The position numbers and the translations under genes were made by a program. A stretch of DNA of 64,000 nt from Amoebidium appalachense (lineage: Eukaryota; Protista; Ichthyosporea): positions 3,515,098-3,579,097 of the forward strand of contig CAVNZM010000011.1 in the NCBI GenBank assembly GCA_963693365.1. Reading direction: 5' to 3'. Shown one piece after another: positions 38,047 through 62,529 of the stretch; the first letter of the stretch is position 1; every line of letters starts with the position of its first letter. The notes beneath the pieces are model-generated. The model was not told where the DNA came from. It searched no databases and saw only the letters and a list, made by a program, of their open reading frames with translations.

Positions 38047-38830
38047 AGAATAGAAAACTCATGGGTTGGACTCGTACATTGGCGTGATCTCCCAGGACCA
38101 TTAGAGTATAGAAAACTCATGGGTTGGACTCGTACATTGGTGTGATCTTGGGTTTTGTTATGCACATTGTTTTGTATTAAAAGAACTTCTATGATGAAAT
38201 GTGGGGATTTTTGACATCAGACAAAATAAAATGTGGGGATTTTTGACATCAGACAAAATAAACATAAACATCAGTGCGCCTTGTGGCGCTTTACTCGCAC
38301 GCTCTGTCGGAGCACCAGTCTCCGGTATTTCGGCATGAACTCATCGGCATACACGTACTTCTTAATACGCCTATGACCTCTCCTTTTTGACCGACCTCTT
38401 CGGTGTGGCATGCCCCTCGTCCGAAAAATGTCCATCTCCGACTGCGAAAACACCCTAGTGAAACCACTTTCTCCGCTTACACCCTGCCGCACACTGGTTG
38501 CTGGTCCACGCGCCCTCCTCAAGCTCGAGGGACACTCTGCGCAACCCCGGGCCGGCGCGCTTGACGTCGCAAGCCACCACAATGTCTCCCGGACGAACAC
38601 CTGCGGTCCACAGGCTGGTGCAGCATTGCACGCTCAGCACCTCACAACCCGAGTCGGGCCCGCGCACACACACGCCCAGACACGCGAGCTTGCACTCGTG
38701 GTCATGCAGCGCCTCGAGCACCGGCACCTTGCGAGCGAGTGTGCGCCGACGCAGGCGCAAGTTGGGAACGGTATAAAAAGCCGTGTTGGGCGCAGTCAGG
38801 TGCCAGTCTGCATCTGCACCAGAACCTATC

Positions 38831-39175
38831 ATGGCTTTTGAGCAGGAATTGAAGCTATTTGTCAATCGACTCTCGTTGTTGGTTTCCAACATGACGTTCG
38901 ACTCGAACGGCGCCGGGCAGTTGGCGAGCCGGCCGCCGCAGCTCCACGCACAACTCGGGAAGGGCGACACAATGCTGTCGGATACGATGCTGCCACTGCA
39001 ATCGGTGGAGACTTCCAACCGTGACGGATTGAACCATCTGGTGTTTTCGACGTGTCCGCTGGAGGGGGCCGGTGATGTGGTGACCATCGACCTGGATTGG
39101 GGAAAGTCGTTTCGGCTGACCTGGGAGCGCTGGGACACAAAGCTGTCTTTGCTTCCACCGGGGGGACCCGACTGA
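38831..39175 (+). CDS. 114-aa hypothetical protein (cargo)
   Basis: ATG ~60 nt after TATAAAA (38772); protein-like ORF MAFEQELKLFVNRLSLLV... Confidence 0.55.
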   Translation: MAFEQELKLFVNRLSLLVSNMTFDSNGAGQLASRPPQLHAQLGKGDTMLSDTMLPLQSVETSNRDGLNHLVFSTCPLEGAGDVVTIDLDWGKSFRLTWERWDTKLSLLPPGGPD

Positions 39176-39707
39176 AGAGCAGGGTATGAGCGAGGGACGA
39201 GCCGTCCCCTTGAAGGCTTTGAGCCAGCGAGCTACCCTTGTTCGGATCGACTTTCTAAAGGATTTTCTGTGGCACGACACGGGCTGCGACATCCTGTCGC
39301 TGCAGCTATACGAACCAGCAAAGAAAAATAGGCGGCAGCGTAGAGAATAAGGCAGGTATCACGCAGTGCGTGTGTGTGTGCGACTGCGCCCCGGATGGTG
39401 CAGCACGCGTATATAAGCAGAGCCACCCACAAGGTGTCGTCCGAGCGCATGCTTGTGTGTGCGCGCAAAAATCTAATTAAATTTCGGAGAAATCATCCTA
39501 TCTTACTCAGGGTAATCATTGTTACTCAGTACTCATTCTGAGTAACACAGACAAGTTTCCCCACTAGATGTTACTCACCCAAATACGGTAAAGGTTTCCT
39601 TTTATGGTGAGTAGGATGAGTAGGATGAGTACGTACTCATCTACTATGGGCTACGGGTATACCTAAATCTCAATTCAAAAGGAAATTGGAACGTCTTGGG
39701 GAAGACT

Positions 39708-40316
39708 CTACACGTGTGGTGTCTAAACGGCCTATAGGCATGCTCCGTGTGCAGGGGCACTAATCTCTACCATCTTCTGGTTGGTGCCAAGAGGCTGCCC
39801 TACACGTGTGGTGTCTAAACGGCCTATAGGCATGCTCCGTGTGCAGGGGCACTAATCTCTACCATCTTCTGGTTGGTGCCAAGAGGCTGCCCTACACGTG
39901 TGGTGTCTAAACGGCCTATAGGCATGCTCCGTGTGCAGGGGCACTAATCTCTACCATCTTCTGGTTGGTGCCAAGAGGCTGCCCTACACGTGTGGTGTCT
40001 AAACGGCCTATAGGCATGCTCCGTGTGCAGGGGCACTAATCTCTACCATCTTCTGGTTGGTGCCAAGAGGCTGCCCTACACGTGTGGTGTCTAAACGGCC
40101 TATAGGCATGCTCCGTGTGCAGGGGCACTAATCTCTACCATCTTCTGGTTGGTGCCAAGAGGCTGCCCTACACGTGTGGTGTCTAAACGGCCTATAGGCA
40201 TGCTCCGTGTGCAGGGGCACTAATCTCTACCATCTTCTGGTTGGTGCCAAGAGGCTGCCCTACACGTGTGGTGTCTAAACGGCCTATAGGCATGCTCCGT
40301 GTGCAGGGGCACTAAT
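39708..40316. repeat. Perfect tandem array, 92-bp unit, ~6.6 copies
   Basis: CACGTGTGGTGTCTAAACGG recurs at 39711, 39803, 39895, 39987, 40079, 40171 and 40263. Confidence 0.97.
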
Positions 40317-40633
40317 TTGTGGTGCCTTCCTTTTTTGGTTAGATCTATACCCGGCCAATGGTTAGCAGCCCGGGTTTGTTTTCATCAAGCTTAGACGTGA
40401 TACTTTGCCAGTCATCAAAGCTGATTGAGTGACAATGGCCGTTGATTGGACAGATCTATCCCATTGAGCCAATCGGGTAGCAGATTGGCTTTGGCACCAT
40501 TGCTGTAAGCTGCTTTGTACCGTGGCATATAAAAGCAGCACACACGGTCACATTCACTCATTTCAACACTGACACTCAGTAGTAAAAGGCGACACACAAC
40601 AAACTTGTGTTTCAAACACTCACACTTTGAAAG

Positions 40634-41845
40634 ATGGATTCTTTGAAAGAGGAGCTTCAACAGCTGCAGAAGCGCTTTGATTTTCTGTACACGGACCATT
40701 CGTCTCGCTTAACGGCCCTGCACACCGACCTCATCAGCCTCCGCAGTCAAGTGACCAATGAGAATGCTGTGCGTACGGCCCAACCCCCCCAACCCCAGCC
40801 CTCTAATGTAGAGGCACGACTGAGGGCAGCCGAAGAGCAGATCAAGACCCTGCAGGCCGAGCTTGCCAGCCTGCAACGGGCTGCAGCACCCCGCCGGGAT
40901 GACCAGGTGGCCTATCAAAACTACATTTTCAGTGGCCCTCACAAGACTACCCCTGTCGCCAAGACCACCACTGTGACTGTCCCCACCCCTACCGCCAAGA
41001 CTACCAATGAGACCGACCCCACCCCTGCCGCCGAGACCACCCCTGCCTCCAAGACTGTCCCTGCCTCCAAGACTGTCCCTGCCTCCAAGACCACCCCTAC
41101 CGCCAAGACCACCCCTACCGCCAAGACCACCCCTACCGCCAAGACCACCCCTACCGCCAAGACCACCCCTACCGCCAAGACCACCCCTACCGCCAAGACC
41201 ACCCCTACCGCCAAGACCACCCCTGCCAAGACCACCCCTGCCGCTCAGCCCATACCCAAGCAGTCCAAGGCATCCGCCGGTGCAACCCCCCTCACGTCCA
41301 AAACACCTGAGACTTCGTTGCGTGACCATATAATGATGGACCTCGATGCACAGCTAACTAGTGCGAGGGGGGAGCTCGAGAATGCTCGAGAGCGTGTCAA
41401 AGAGGCAAAGGCGGCTGAAGATGAAATTGCGGAGGCCGTGGCCCTTGCTGCTGTGGGTGCAGCCCAGAACACCATAAAAAGCATCCGAAGGAAGATTCTG
41501 CGACGGGAGAAGAACTTGAAGGCATACACAGGTGGTAATGAGTCTGTCTCCTCACCTGCCTCACCCGCCAAGCGCTTCCATGGTCAAGGTGATTCGGACT
41601 CAGATGAAGAGTTCAACCCAAGGCGGCTCAAACGACGGGCAAATCAGGTACTCGAGGGTATGACAGATGACGAATCTGCCTGTCTGATCGTGAGTCGGTC
41701 ATGTATGACCGCAAGCCTGAACCCAAACATAAAGAAACTGAAGAAATTCCCTTCATTGATCTTGACCAGGAAGATTTTGACCCGTATGAGATGGACTAAT
41801 TTGATTGGTCGACTGGATGCCAATTCTCTTTTGATTTGTGTTTGA
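40634..41845 (+). CDS. 403-aa protein: coiled coil, (AKTTPT)n linker, second coiled coil (cargo)
   Basis: Long ORF after a CCAAT cluster and TATAAAA (~40528); 18-bp tandem repeat at ~40957-41243. The C-terminus may be frameshifted near 41680. Confidence 0.8.
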   Translation: MDSLKEELQQLQKRFDFLYTDHSSRLTALHTDLISLRSQVTNENAVRTAQPPQPQPSNVEARLRAAEEQIKTLQAELASLQRAAAPRRDDQVAYQNYIFSGPHKTTPVAKTTTVTVPTPTAKTTNETDPTPAAETTPASKTVPASKTVPASKTTPTAKTTPTAKTTPTAKTTPTAKTTPTAKTTPTAKTTPTAKTTPAKTTPAAQPIPKQSKASAGATPLTSKTPETSLRDHIMMDLDAQLTSARGELENARERVKEAKAAEDEIAEAVALAAVGAAQNTIKSIRRKILRREKNLKAYTGGNESVSSPASPAKRFHGQGDSDSDEEFNPRRLKRRANQVLEGMTDDESACLIVSRSCMTASLNPNIKKLKKFPSLILTRKILTRMRWTNLIGRLDANSLLICV

Positions 41846-42002
41846 ATTGATCGGTCTTGATTTAATTTGTTTCTATTCTCGTTAAGTTTGTATTTTAGTT
41901 TGTATTTGAATATGCTCGGTCCAAGTTGATTTGTTTCCTTGTAATCTGACTAGACTATCATGAATGATTGTATAGAAACATGTTGTGTTCTACACAACAA
42001 AT

Positions 42003-42596
42003 AATAAAAAAAAACCCCCACCATGGTTCCACGTGTCTCGCTGTCTCCCCCCAGCCCCCTCTCCCCCCACCACCCCGGCCCCCCAGCCCCCCTGCTGCCC
42101 GGAACCAGGCCCCCAGTGGTGGCATTGCTTGCCCCACACCCCCCCACCCTCCTGTGCACGTGCGCCACCCCGGCCCCCCATCCCCCCCTGCTGCCGGAAC
42201 CACGGCCCCCCAGTGGTGCCATGGTTCCCCCACCCCCTCCCACCCTCCTGTGCACGTGCGCCACCCCCAGCCTCCCCTGCTCCTATGCCCCCCCTGCTGC
42301 CGGAACCACGCCCCCCCAGTGGTGGCAGCCAGTGTCTTACATGCTATTCTATTATGTGGCCACATGGCCAGATTGTTTTGACTCCAGGTGAATCGTGTGA
42401 TAAAATTTATCCACCCCTTTTTACAAACGTAAATCGATCTGGCCATGTGGCCATGTGGCCAGACACTGGTCTGTAATCAGTAAAGATCATTGGCTCTAAT
42501 AAAATTGTGTAAACCCCTGGCTCTATCTACCACTGGGGATAAAAAAATCTCACGTAAGAATAATCGGGAACGTGACAGGGTGCTCGCATCGGGCAA
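42003..42596 (-). repeat. Right TIR
   Basis: Reverse complement of 31248-31885, with one fewer subrepeat. Confidence 0.93.
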
Positions 42597-43192
42597 TGAT
42601 CCCGCCCGCAGGGAAATCCCATCGGCACCGTACATATGCATGTTATTGAATTCAGTCAGTTTGCTATTGTCGTATTAAACAAACCTTTTATGGGAGTTTC
42701 ATATCTCCATATATTTATAATATAGTGATGCTAAGGTCAAGCTAGTCATCCACAACATGATGCATGACTAAATATAATCAAGTATAATAATGCATGGGTA
42801 CCGGTGCGTGTGTACCACGGCACAGAGGGCCGGTAGCGCCTTCAATGATGATCATCATGACCACAAGGCCTAATGGTTTGTGCACAACACCATACTGATA
42901 TGGTGTAGCCCCAATGCACCTGAATGAGCAACTCTCGAACATAGACTACTGTACCAAGGCCTCCCTAACTAACTACCGTTTCCCGTCTAATAATAATTGC
43001 AAAGAGCATCCATGTTCTTTTCAAGTAACAACGTGCATATGATGCGTGGATTTGTTCAAGTTAATATCCGGCCGGACAACGTTCACAATATCAAGGTAAA
43101 CGGCACGTACACACGCGCCATTACTCTTGCATACAGAACCCTTCATACATGAAACCATGAATACCCGGCCTAAGTGCGTTGCCAGCTGCCAG

Positions 43193-43234
<42 letters not shown>

Positions 43235-43364
43235 ACCCACCTACCCACTCACCCACCCACCACCACCACCACACACACACACACACACGCACACGCACAC
43301 ACATACACACACACACACACACACAAACACACACACGTGTACACACACGCGCGCGCGCGCACAT

Positions 43365-43409
<45 letters not shown>

Positions 43410-43583
43410 TACACACACACACACACACAAGCACACAGTCCCGGCCCACACACTTCTTTGCTGGCGAACTTGAATCGTGAACTCACGAACGTACATCACT
43501 GGAATCCCCAAAACAATTCTTCATCAGGATCTCGTCTTCTTTCTCATTTTCTTTCTTCTCTCTCACCGGCTCTCTCTCTTCTC

Positions 43584-43622
<39 letters not shown>

Positions 43623-43651
43623 TCTCTCTTTCTCCCTCCCCGCCCCCCCCC

Positions 43652-43682
<31 letters not shown>

Positions 43683-43845
43683 CCTCCCCGCCCCCCCACC
43701 CCCCTCTCCCTCCATGCCTCCCTCCCTCCCTCCCTCCATGCCTCCCTCCCTCTCTCCCCGTCGGAGTTCCCCCCCCCTTCTCTCTCTTCTCTCTCTCTCT
43801 CTCTCTTCCCCCCCCCCTCCCCCCCGGCCGCCGCCCCGTTTCTCT

Positions 43846-43907
<62 letters not shown>

Positions 43908-44135
43908 ACGTTCCTTTTTTTTTTTTTTTTTTTTTTTTGTGGGGGGGGGAGGGAAGGGGGGGGGGGGGGGGGGGAGAGGGGAGGAACCAACACCCGACAG
44001 CAGTATTGTTTTAAATTAAGTATGTATTTTAAAAAAATTCGCCTAATTTTTTTAAAAAAACTCACAGCTTATCCAATAGTTGCGAACAGAACGTCAGTCA
44101 CGTACAGATATGTACGACGGGTGTTCCTTGTTCGT

Positions 44136-44177
<42 letters not shown>

Positions 44178-44290
44178 GGGGCAAGAGGGACAGTGAAAGA
44201 GAGTGTGAAGAACGGGTGCACTGTTGTGTGAAGGGGGGAGGGGAGAGTAAAAGTGAGCCAATGAAATAATTTTTTATTGTTAATTTTAAA

Positions 44291-48397
<4,107 letters not shown>

Positions 48398-49474
48398 GTT
48401 CGATGTTCCCCTTTGGTCACCTGGGCAAGGTGTGTCTATCCAGGATGCACAGAAGATGGGAAATGTCAAGGGAAGTTTATTACGTCTTCTGATCAGAGTA
48501 ACTGGGGAAAAACTGATGAATTTTGTGAACTAAGAAAGTCGGGCACTATCGGATCTTTTGAAACGAGAAAAGCCAGGCCATTGAGATCTTGGTGTCTTAG
48601 AATTTACTCTTTGGGATGGTGGCGCGTCAAAGCAAGAATAAAAAAAAAGTACCAATTCTTAGTAGCCCGGTTGTTTATTCGACGCCTTGATTGCAATAGT
48701 TATCATTTAATGGCTTCATATTATTTGCAATTGGAGAAAATGCACTCATTCGTCAAGTTGGTGTCAGGAAAACTCACAGTGGTGCTCTTGCTTTTGCTGC
48801 CATTGTAGTCAAACTCTGCAGCTGGGACGAGTCCATCTAAGAGAGGAATTTCAGGAATGCACATTGGATTGCGTAACAACATTCAAACACCGCATTCGAT
48901 TGGTTCTCTCCATTCCTTTCACTTTTAAACCTTCCAGCTCACCAGTCCACCAATCAAAACAAATTACTAAACCCCTTTTTGTCCCACAATCAAACGCACT
49001 TTCATGTTTGGTGACCCGCTTTTTTGCCCCCTCTTCGTGGGTACTAACTCACGAAATGTTACGCGCTCTTTCAACTCCTATGCCTCTCTTTGTGGCTGTG
49101 TGGTTCCCTATGGGGCGCCAGAGAGCGCAGCTCCAAAACGTTACCTGGCCGCTCTACCAGCGACATGGTTTCACCTAGGGCTGCTATATTTTGTTTGAAA
49201 TAAATTGCTGAAACATTGTCTGCGTAGCGGAACGGGGAGGGAATACGAGTTTGTGATTAGTGTGAACGGCGGGCGGTGAGAATACGGAAATAATGAATGT
49301 AGGGAGGGGATACAGCACGTATTGTTGCATGATTCACAAATTGGGCCAGGATTTCGTAATTGTTAACCTTCGTTCTGCTCTCATGATGGTGCTAGCGGCC
49401 GTATGGGTGTGTGTATACTTAATCCAGTGCGTGAATTCTGTTGATATATGATGGGGGCAAGAGGGAAGACATAT

Positions 49475-49533
<59 letters not shown>

Positions 49534-49831
49534 ATGTAACAAGTGGACTTGTGACTGTTACTGATAGGAATAGTTGACATTAATACTCAACAAGAGTGAT
49601 GTAAAGGCCTATAAAGAGCTCTGCGGTCCACATCTTTCATATTTACATAGCAGGGCTGTTTTCTCTAATAGTTAGTACCACGAGAATATCTAATCCAGAA
49701 TAAATAATATTTTGCAGCAGACACTCCGAGCGTTCGACACCTGTGTTAAATACAGTTTCTGGGAACACTTTTATAAAGTGTGTGGTGGAGACGGAAATGT
49801 GCAAACACACCAACATAGCAGATATACATAA

Positions 49832-49880
<49 letters not shown>

Positions 49881-49933
49881 TTCCCCCGGGTAAAATCCAA
49901 ACTACGGAGCAGAATACGGGTTACATCTTAACA

Positions 49934-57757
<7,824 letters not shown>

Positions 57758-58531
57758 ATTGGTATTGGTTAATATGCACGTTTCTAACAACTCAAGAGGA
57801 AATGAAAACTGAGATTGTCTCGGCGAACTTGCTCGAAGCTTACCCTATACCTTCTACTCTGAGGTCTTACTCTTCTTCGGCTGTCACCTACTGAGGTGAC
57901 TCGTATTTTTCCTTACACACACAGCGAACACTGGACTCTCGGGACCGTAGAGCCGCCGCGAGAGAAAGCATGCACGCGGTCGCGAGAGTGTACGAACGGC
58001 AAGTTCAAAGCAGCCCAGGCACCGTCAGTACCTGCCAGCTTCTTCGGTGGCCGGAATCGTGTTTTTTTTTTTTTGAGGCAAATGAAATAGATCTTGAATA
58101 GATTCTATAGAATCTATATTTGGCTAAGCAGCGCGGAGCATGATTCGCTCCCTGGAGCATTCCATTCATATTTCATTGTTGAACGGCGCCGGCGCCGGAT
58201 GGGCCCTCCTACGTGCAAGCCCCATGGTGCACCTGCCCAACGATGGCAACCTTGCTGAGTTTTAGAAGCAATATTTCTGAGCAAAAATCACACTGAATAC
58301 ATCCATTTATAGGCTCACTACACGTATGCCCACGGAGGCGACCATCCCCTTCTCTCGTTCCTGCCACGTTGCAAGCGCCAACCTGCCGTGCGAACACGCG
58401 TACGTGCACGCGTGCATCCCACGCGTGTGCACTGTTGGTGGACAAATGCGCATCTGGGACTGCATGCCAATCATTGTAATTGATTACCACACCCATAGCG
58501 GACATGGCTGAAGACGTCCGTAACCTAGCCA

Positions 58532-58583
<52 letters not shown>

Positions 58584-58720
58584 GCCGAAAGAAGAAAAAA
58601 GAAAAAAAAGGAAAAAAAAAAAAAAAAGAAAAAACCTTGCACGCACAGACATAGGTTGTGGGGGGGAAGGGGCGGGAGGGAGGGGGGGCTTCATAGCGGA
58701 ATATCACGTTTGATTGACTT

Positions 58721-58751
<31 letters not shown>

Positions 58752-58827
58752 GGGTGTGGGTGGGTGGGTGCGAGTTTGTGTTCGTGTGTGTGTATGGGTG
58801 GTTGGGTGGTGGGTGCGGCGGCGGCTG

Positions 58828-58891
<64 letters not shown>

Positions 58892-59095
58892 GGGGGAAGG
58901 CAAGAGTGGGGGGGAGGGGGGGGAGGATGCGTGGACTGGCAGGTGAGTAGAGAAGCAGAAAAGTAGTGATATTGTTTTTTGCTCGGGAAGTTGCTAAAGC
59001 CAGGGAGTGGTGCGAAAAAAACGATGAAGCCGAAAGAAAACGGAGCAACACCGAGGAACGAACGTAACACTGCGAAAATCACCTAAGGCAACTGA

Positions 59096-59674
59096 TCATC
59101 GGCAAAAGAGTGTGAAAAAACAGGTGTTGGGAAAAGGTACGAATGCAATTTCGGCTGTGGTTTTGTGACTGATTATTTTTCGACCATAAAAAGGCACCTG
59201 CGAACCCACACCGGTGAAAGGCCTTTTCGATGCACACAGCCTGGCTGTGGTGCACGGTTTGCACAGCAAAGTACACTTAAGGGCCATATTCGCATGCATA
59301 CCGGGGAGAAACCCTTCACGTGCAAATATGAAGGGTGTTCCTTCAGCTCTGCACGTCAATACAATATGAGAGTGCATCAGGGGATGCACACAGGGGTTAA
59401 GCCTCACCAGTGCACCTATCCTGGATGCAGTGCAGCTTTTCTACGAAAGATTGAGTTGACACACCACGAGCGAACACACACGGGGGAGAGGCCATACACG
59501 TGCCCATATTCAGAGTGCTCGGCATCGTTCGCAAGGAAATTCACCCTCAATGAACACCTCCGGACACACACAGGGGAGAAGCCGTATGAGTGCACCATGG
59601 ATGGATGTGCCAGAAGGTTTCTAACTTCTTTTAACCTGGCCAGGCATAAGGAACATTACTCTCAAATCTCATAA
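59096..59674 (+). CDS. C2H2 zinc-finger transcription factor, six tandem fingers (3' exon; 5' exons unresolved)
   Basis: Six C-x3/4-C-x12-H fingers joined by TGERP/TGEKP/TGVKP linkers; the first finger YECNFGCG begins at 59138. Confidence 0.92.
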   Translation, partial: SSAKECEKTGVGKRYECNFGCGFVTDYFSTIKRHLRTHTGERPFRCTQPGCGARFAQQSTLKGHIRMHTGEKPFTCKYEGCSFSSARQYNMRVHQGMHTGVKPHQCTYPGCSAAFLRKIELTHHERTHTGERPYTCPYSECSASFARKFTLNEHLRTHTGEKPYECTMDGCARRFLTSFNLARHKEHYSQIS

Positions 59675-60299
59675 GACGAGATGGTGTGCTGCATAAAATT
59701 GTGTTTGGGGAGAAAGGGAGTGAATCGAAGTTATTGGAATTTGATGGCTTGTTGGCTGTTTACGTAGTGACTGTCCGAATACACGAACAGCCATAGGTTC
59801 ACGGGTGGGTGTACATAATGAGGGATTTATGGCGTGTTCCTCGTGGAGGCTGCAATACAGAACTGAAGCTCAGAGTATATGCTTATATGGGTGTGGTTTG
59901 TCGCACTGAGGTTGTGTAAATTTTTCTGCAGTCTGTAACACATGGCTTGGGACAATGTACACATGCACCATCTAAAATATGGGTGCCATAGTTCACAATT
60001 TGGGTTCGGATATTTTTTTCACTGTGTGTAGTTCGTATCGCTCACAAATTTTCAATGGCTGAGGTTACGATTTCCATATGAGTTCGAATATCTACTTGGA
60101 TACAAGATAACCCGTGTATTGATGTTCTTGGTTTTTTGCCCCCGCTCCGCCCCCCTCCCCCCCTCCCCCCCCCCCCCCCCCCCCCCCCCCCACCCCCCTT
60201 CCTACCCCCCGGGCGTCTAATTCAGACCCTCATCAAAGTTTAACACACGAACACACACACGCGCGTGCACACACACACACACACACACACACACGTCTC

Positions 60300-60386
<87 letters not shown>

Positions 60387-60439
60387 TGCCAGTGACACAC
60401 ACCACTGCCACCACCATAGCGCAACACTAAGTACCCCCC

Positions 60440-60470
<31 letters not shown>

Positions 60471-60561
60471 AAAAAAAAAGTTTCCTGGGGTTTTCATCTC
60501 ATCTATCTTAGGTACTTTTTAAATTTTGTGGTAGCTCAGGTGGATATTCACCAACCCTGAA

Positions 60562-60593
<32 letters not shown>

Positions 60594-60805
60594 ACCTTCC
60601 CCACTCCCCCACTCCCCTCTCCACCCCCCCCTCCCCCTCCTCCCCCCTCCCCTCCCTCCCCCTCCCCCCCCCCCTTCTCATCCGCCCTCCTCCCCCCCCC
60701 TCCCCCCCCCCCCCCCCCCCCAATAAAAAAAAAAAGAAAGAAAAACGATGGTTTCTCTTCTTGTTGCCGGTTTGTATGTAGGTGTGTGTATGCGTGTGTG
60801 TGTTG

Positions 60806-60838
<33 letters not shown>

Positions 60839-60906
60839 GGGGGGGGGGGGGGGGGACTTGAGTTGTTCCACTGGGGGGAAGGCCTCCTTTGGCCCAACCT
60901 ACCACC

Positions 60907-60938
<32 letters not shown>

Positions 60939-62258
60939 TTTCTTCCAATAACGGTACACAGTTAATTCTGTGTAAGGGTTTAGTCCGTACGGCTGGTAGA
61001 GGTGGTGAGTTGGTGTCTTCAGCTAACGGCACATCGAGGAGCCAATCGCTGCAAAGAAGGGTTGTGATTGGGCGCATCGTGAAAAAGAATCTCACAAAAG
61101 TTGTAAACAGTGGGCTGGAGACGGGGGGGGGGGGGGGGGGGGGAGCATAATGGCTTTTCGGACCGGCTGAGTTTGTAGCGATGTTATCACCCCTCAAAAG
61201 CGCTTTTTTGGCTGTTACCTATTTCCTGAAAGCTTATAATTTATACTATATTGTTATGTAGAAATAATAGTCATGCAGGCAGCGTTGCAGCCAAAAACGT
61301 TAGCCAGCAAGAGGACAAAACTAACCTTTTATGGTTAGCCACCTGCCAAAAATGGCGCGTAAAGAATTGGTTAATTTTGATTGGGTAACACCTGCCATCA
61401 TGCTGGGGGGGGGACCACTCAGGGATTATGTTAGCAGAGTAGCCAGATATCGACACGGCCTCTTTCTTCTATGATTTTGCTCGTAGGTGTGACCGGTGGG
61501 AACAAGTTGCACACAAATGCAAATGGTTGCCACTAACGAGACAAATTTGCACATGTGTATCATTTTATATATATACTATATACATATATGCAAATAAGTT
61601 TTTTTTAGTGAGCCACTACTCTCAGACTATATTTACATGAGTGCCTCACCGTGACACCTGCACTTAACAGCATTAGTGTTGTTATTAAATCCGCTCTAAG
61701 AAGATGCCCCACAGAGCTTTAAGGTTGGTTGGTAATGTTCACGTATACACATATCCATATTTGGAAATACACAAGGTAATGAGAGGGGGTTACGTAAGAG
61801 GTTGAACATGTCATTGAACCAGCACCTATGCCTCTAAAAAAGTAGCCCACGAGTGGAAAAATTGAAGACACAGGGCATACATAGGGTGTATGAAGGGGAA
61901 AAGCGGAAGAAAGAAAAAGTTCTACATATGGCCCAGTGGGGGAGGGGGGGGGGGGGGGAGGGGGGCGGGGAAAAAGTGGGTGGTGGGGATGGGAGGAGGG
62001 AGGGGGGGGGTGAGGGGGGGGGGGGGGGGGGGGGCAGGAGGGATTGGGTGAAAAAAGCCCTGGGTCAGACCACAGAGGCTGCAGTGCCTATGTTGAAACA
62101 TTATCAGTGCCCACCAACCCTTTGACAAAGAGCAAACCGATCACCATCGTCTACACAGATACTAAAGAGATGTGTATGTCTGTTTTCTCTTTCTTTCTTT
62201 CTTTTTTCTTTCTTTCTTTTCAATCTTTTCTTTCTTTCTTCTTTTCTTTTTATTTTAT

Positions 62259-62289
<31 letters not shown>

Positions 62290-62491
62290 GGGGGGGATGA
62301 TGTTTCGCGGTTAGTCCACAATGTCCAATGGTGATGGTAGTGGTGGTGGTGGTGGTGGTGGTGTGTGTGTGTGCGTCTGTGTGTCTGTGTGTGTGCGTGT
62401 GTGTGTGTGCGTGTGTGTGTGTGTGTGTGTATGTGTGTGTGTGAAAGTGTGTGCGTGCGTGCGTGCGCGTGCGCGCGTGCGCGCGTGTGTA

Positions 62492-62529
<38 letters not shown>

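Larger units (their letters stand above)
31248..42596. mobile_element. ~11.3 kb cargo-carrying element with ~0.6 kb TIRs; no transposase or integrase recognised
   Basis: 31248-31885 and 42003-42596 are near-identical inverted repeats (TTGCCCGATGCGAGCACCCTG...CAGGGTGCTCGCATCGGGCAA). The interior lacks the host poly(C)/(CA)n tracts and holds compact ORFs. Confidence 0.9.

Noticed and set aside
38271-39138. Overlapping minus-strand ORFs inside the element
   Set aside because: No clear start or motif. Could be a decayed cargo gene but cannot be supported.
39708-40316. CRISPR-like appearance of the regular array
   Set aside because: Units are identical end to end, with no unique spacers and no cas genes; the context is eukaryotic.
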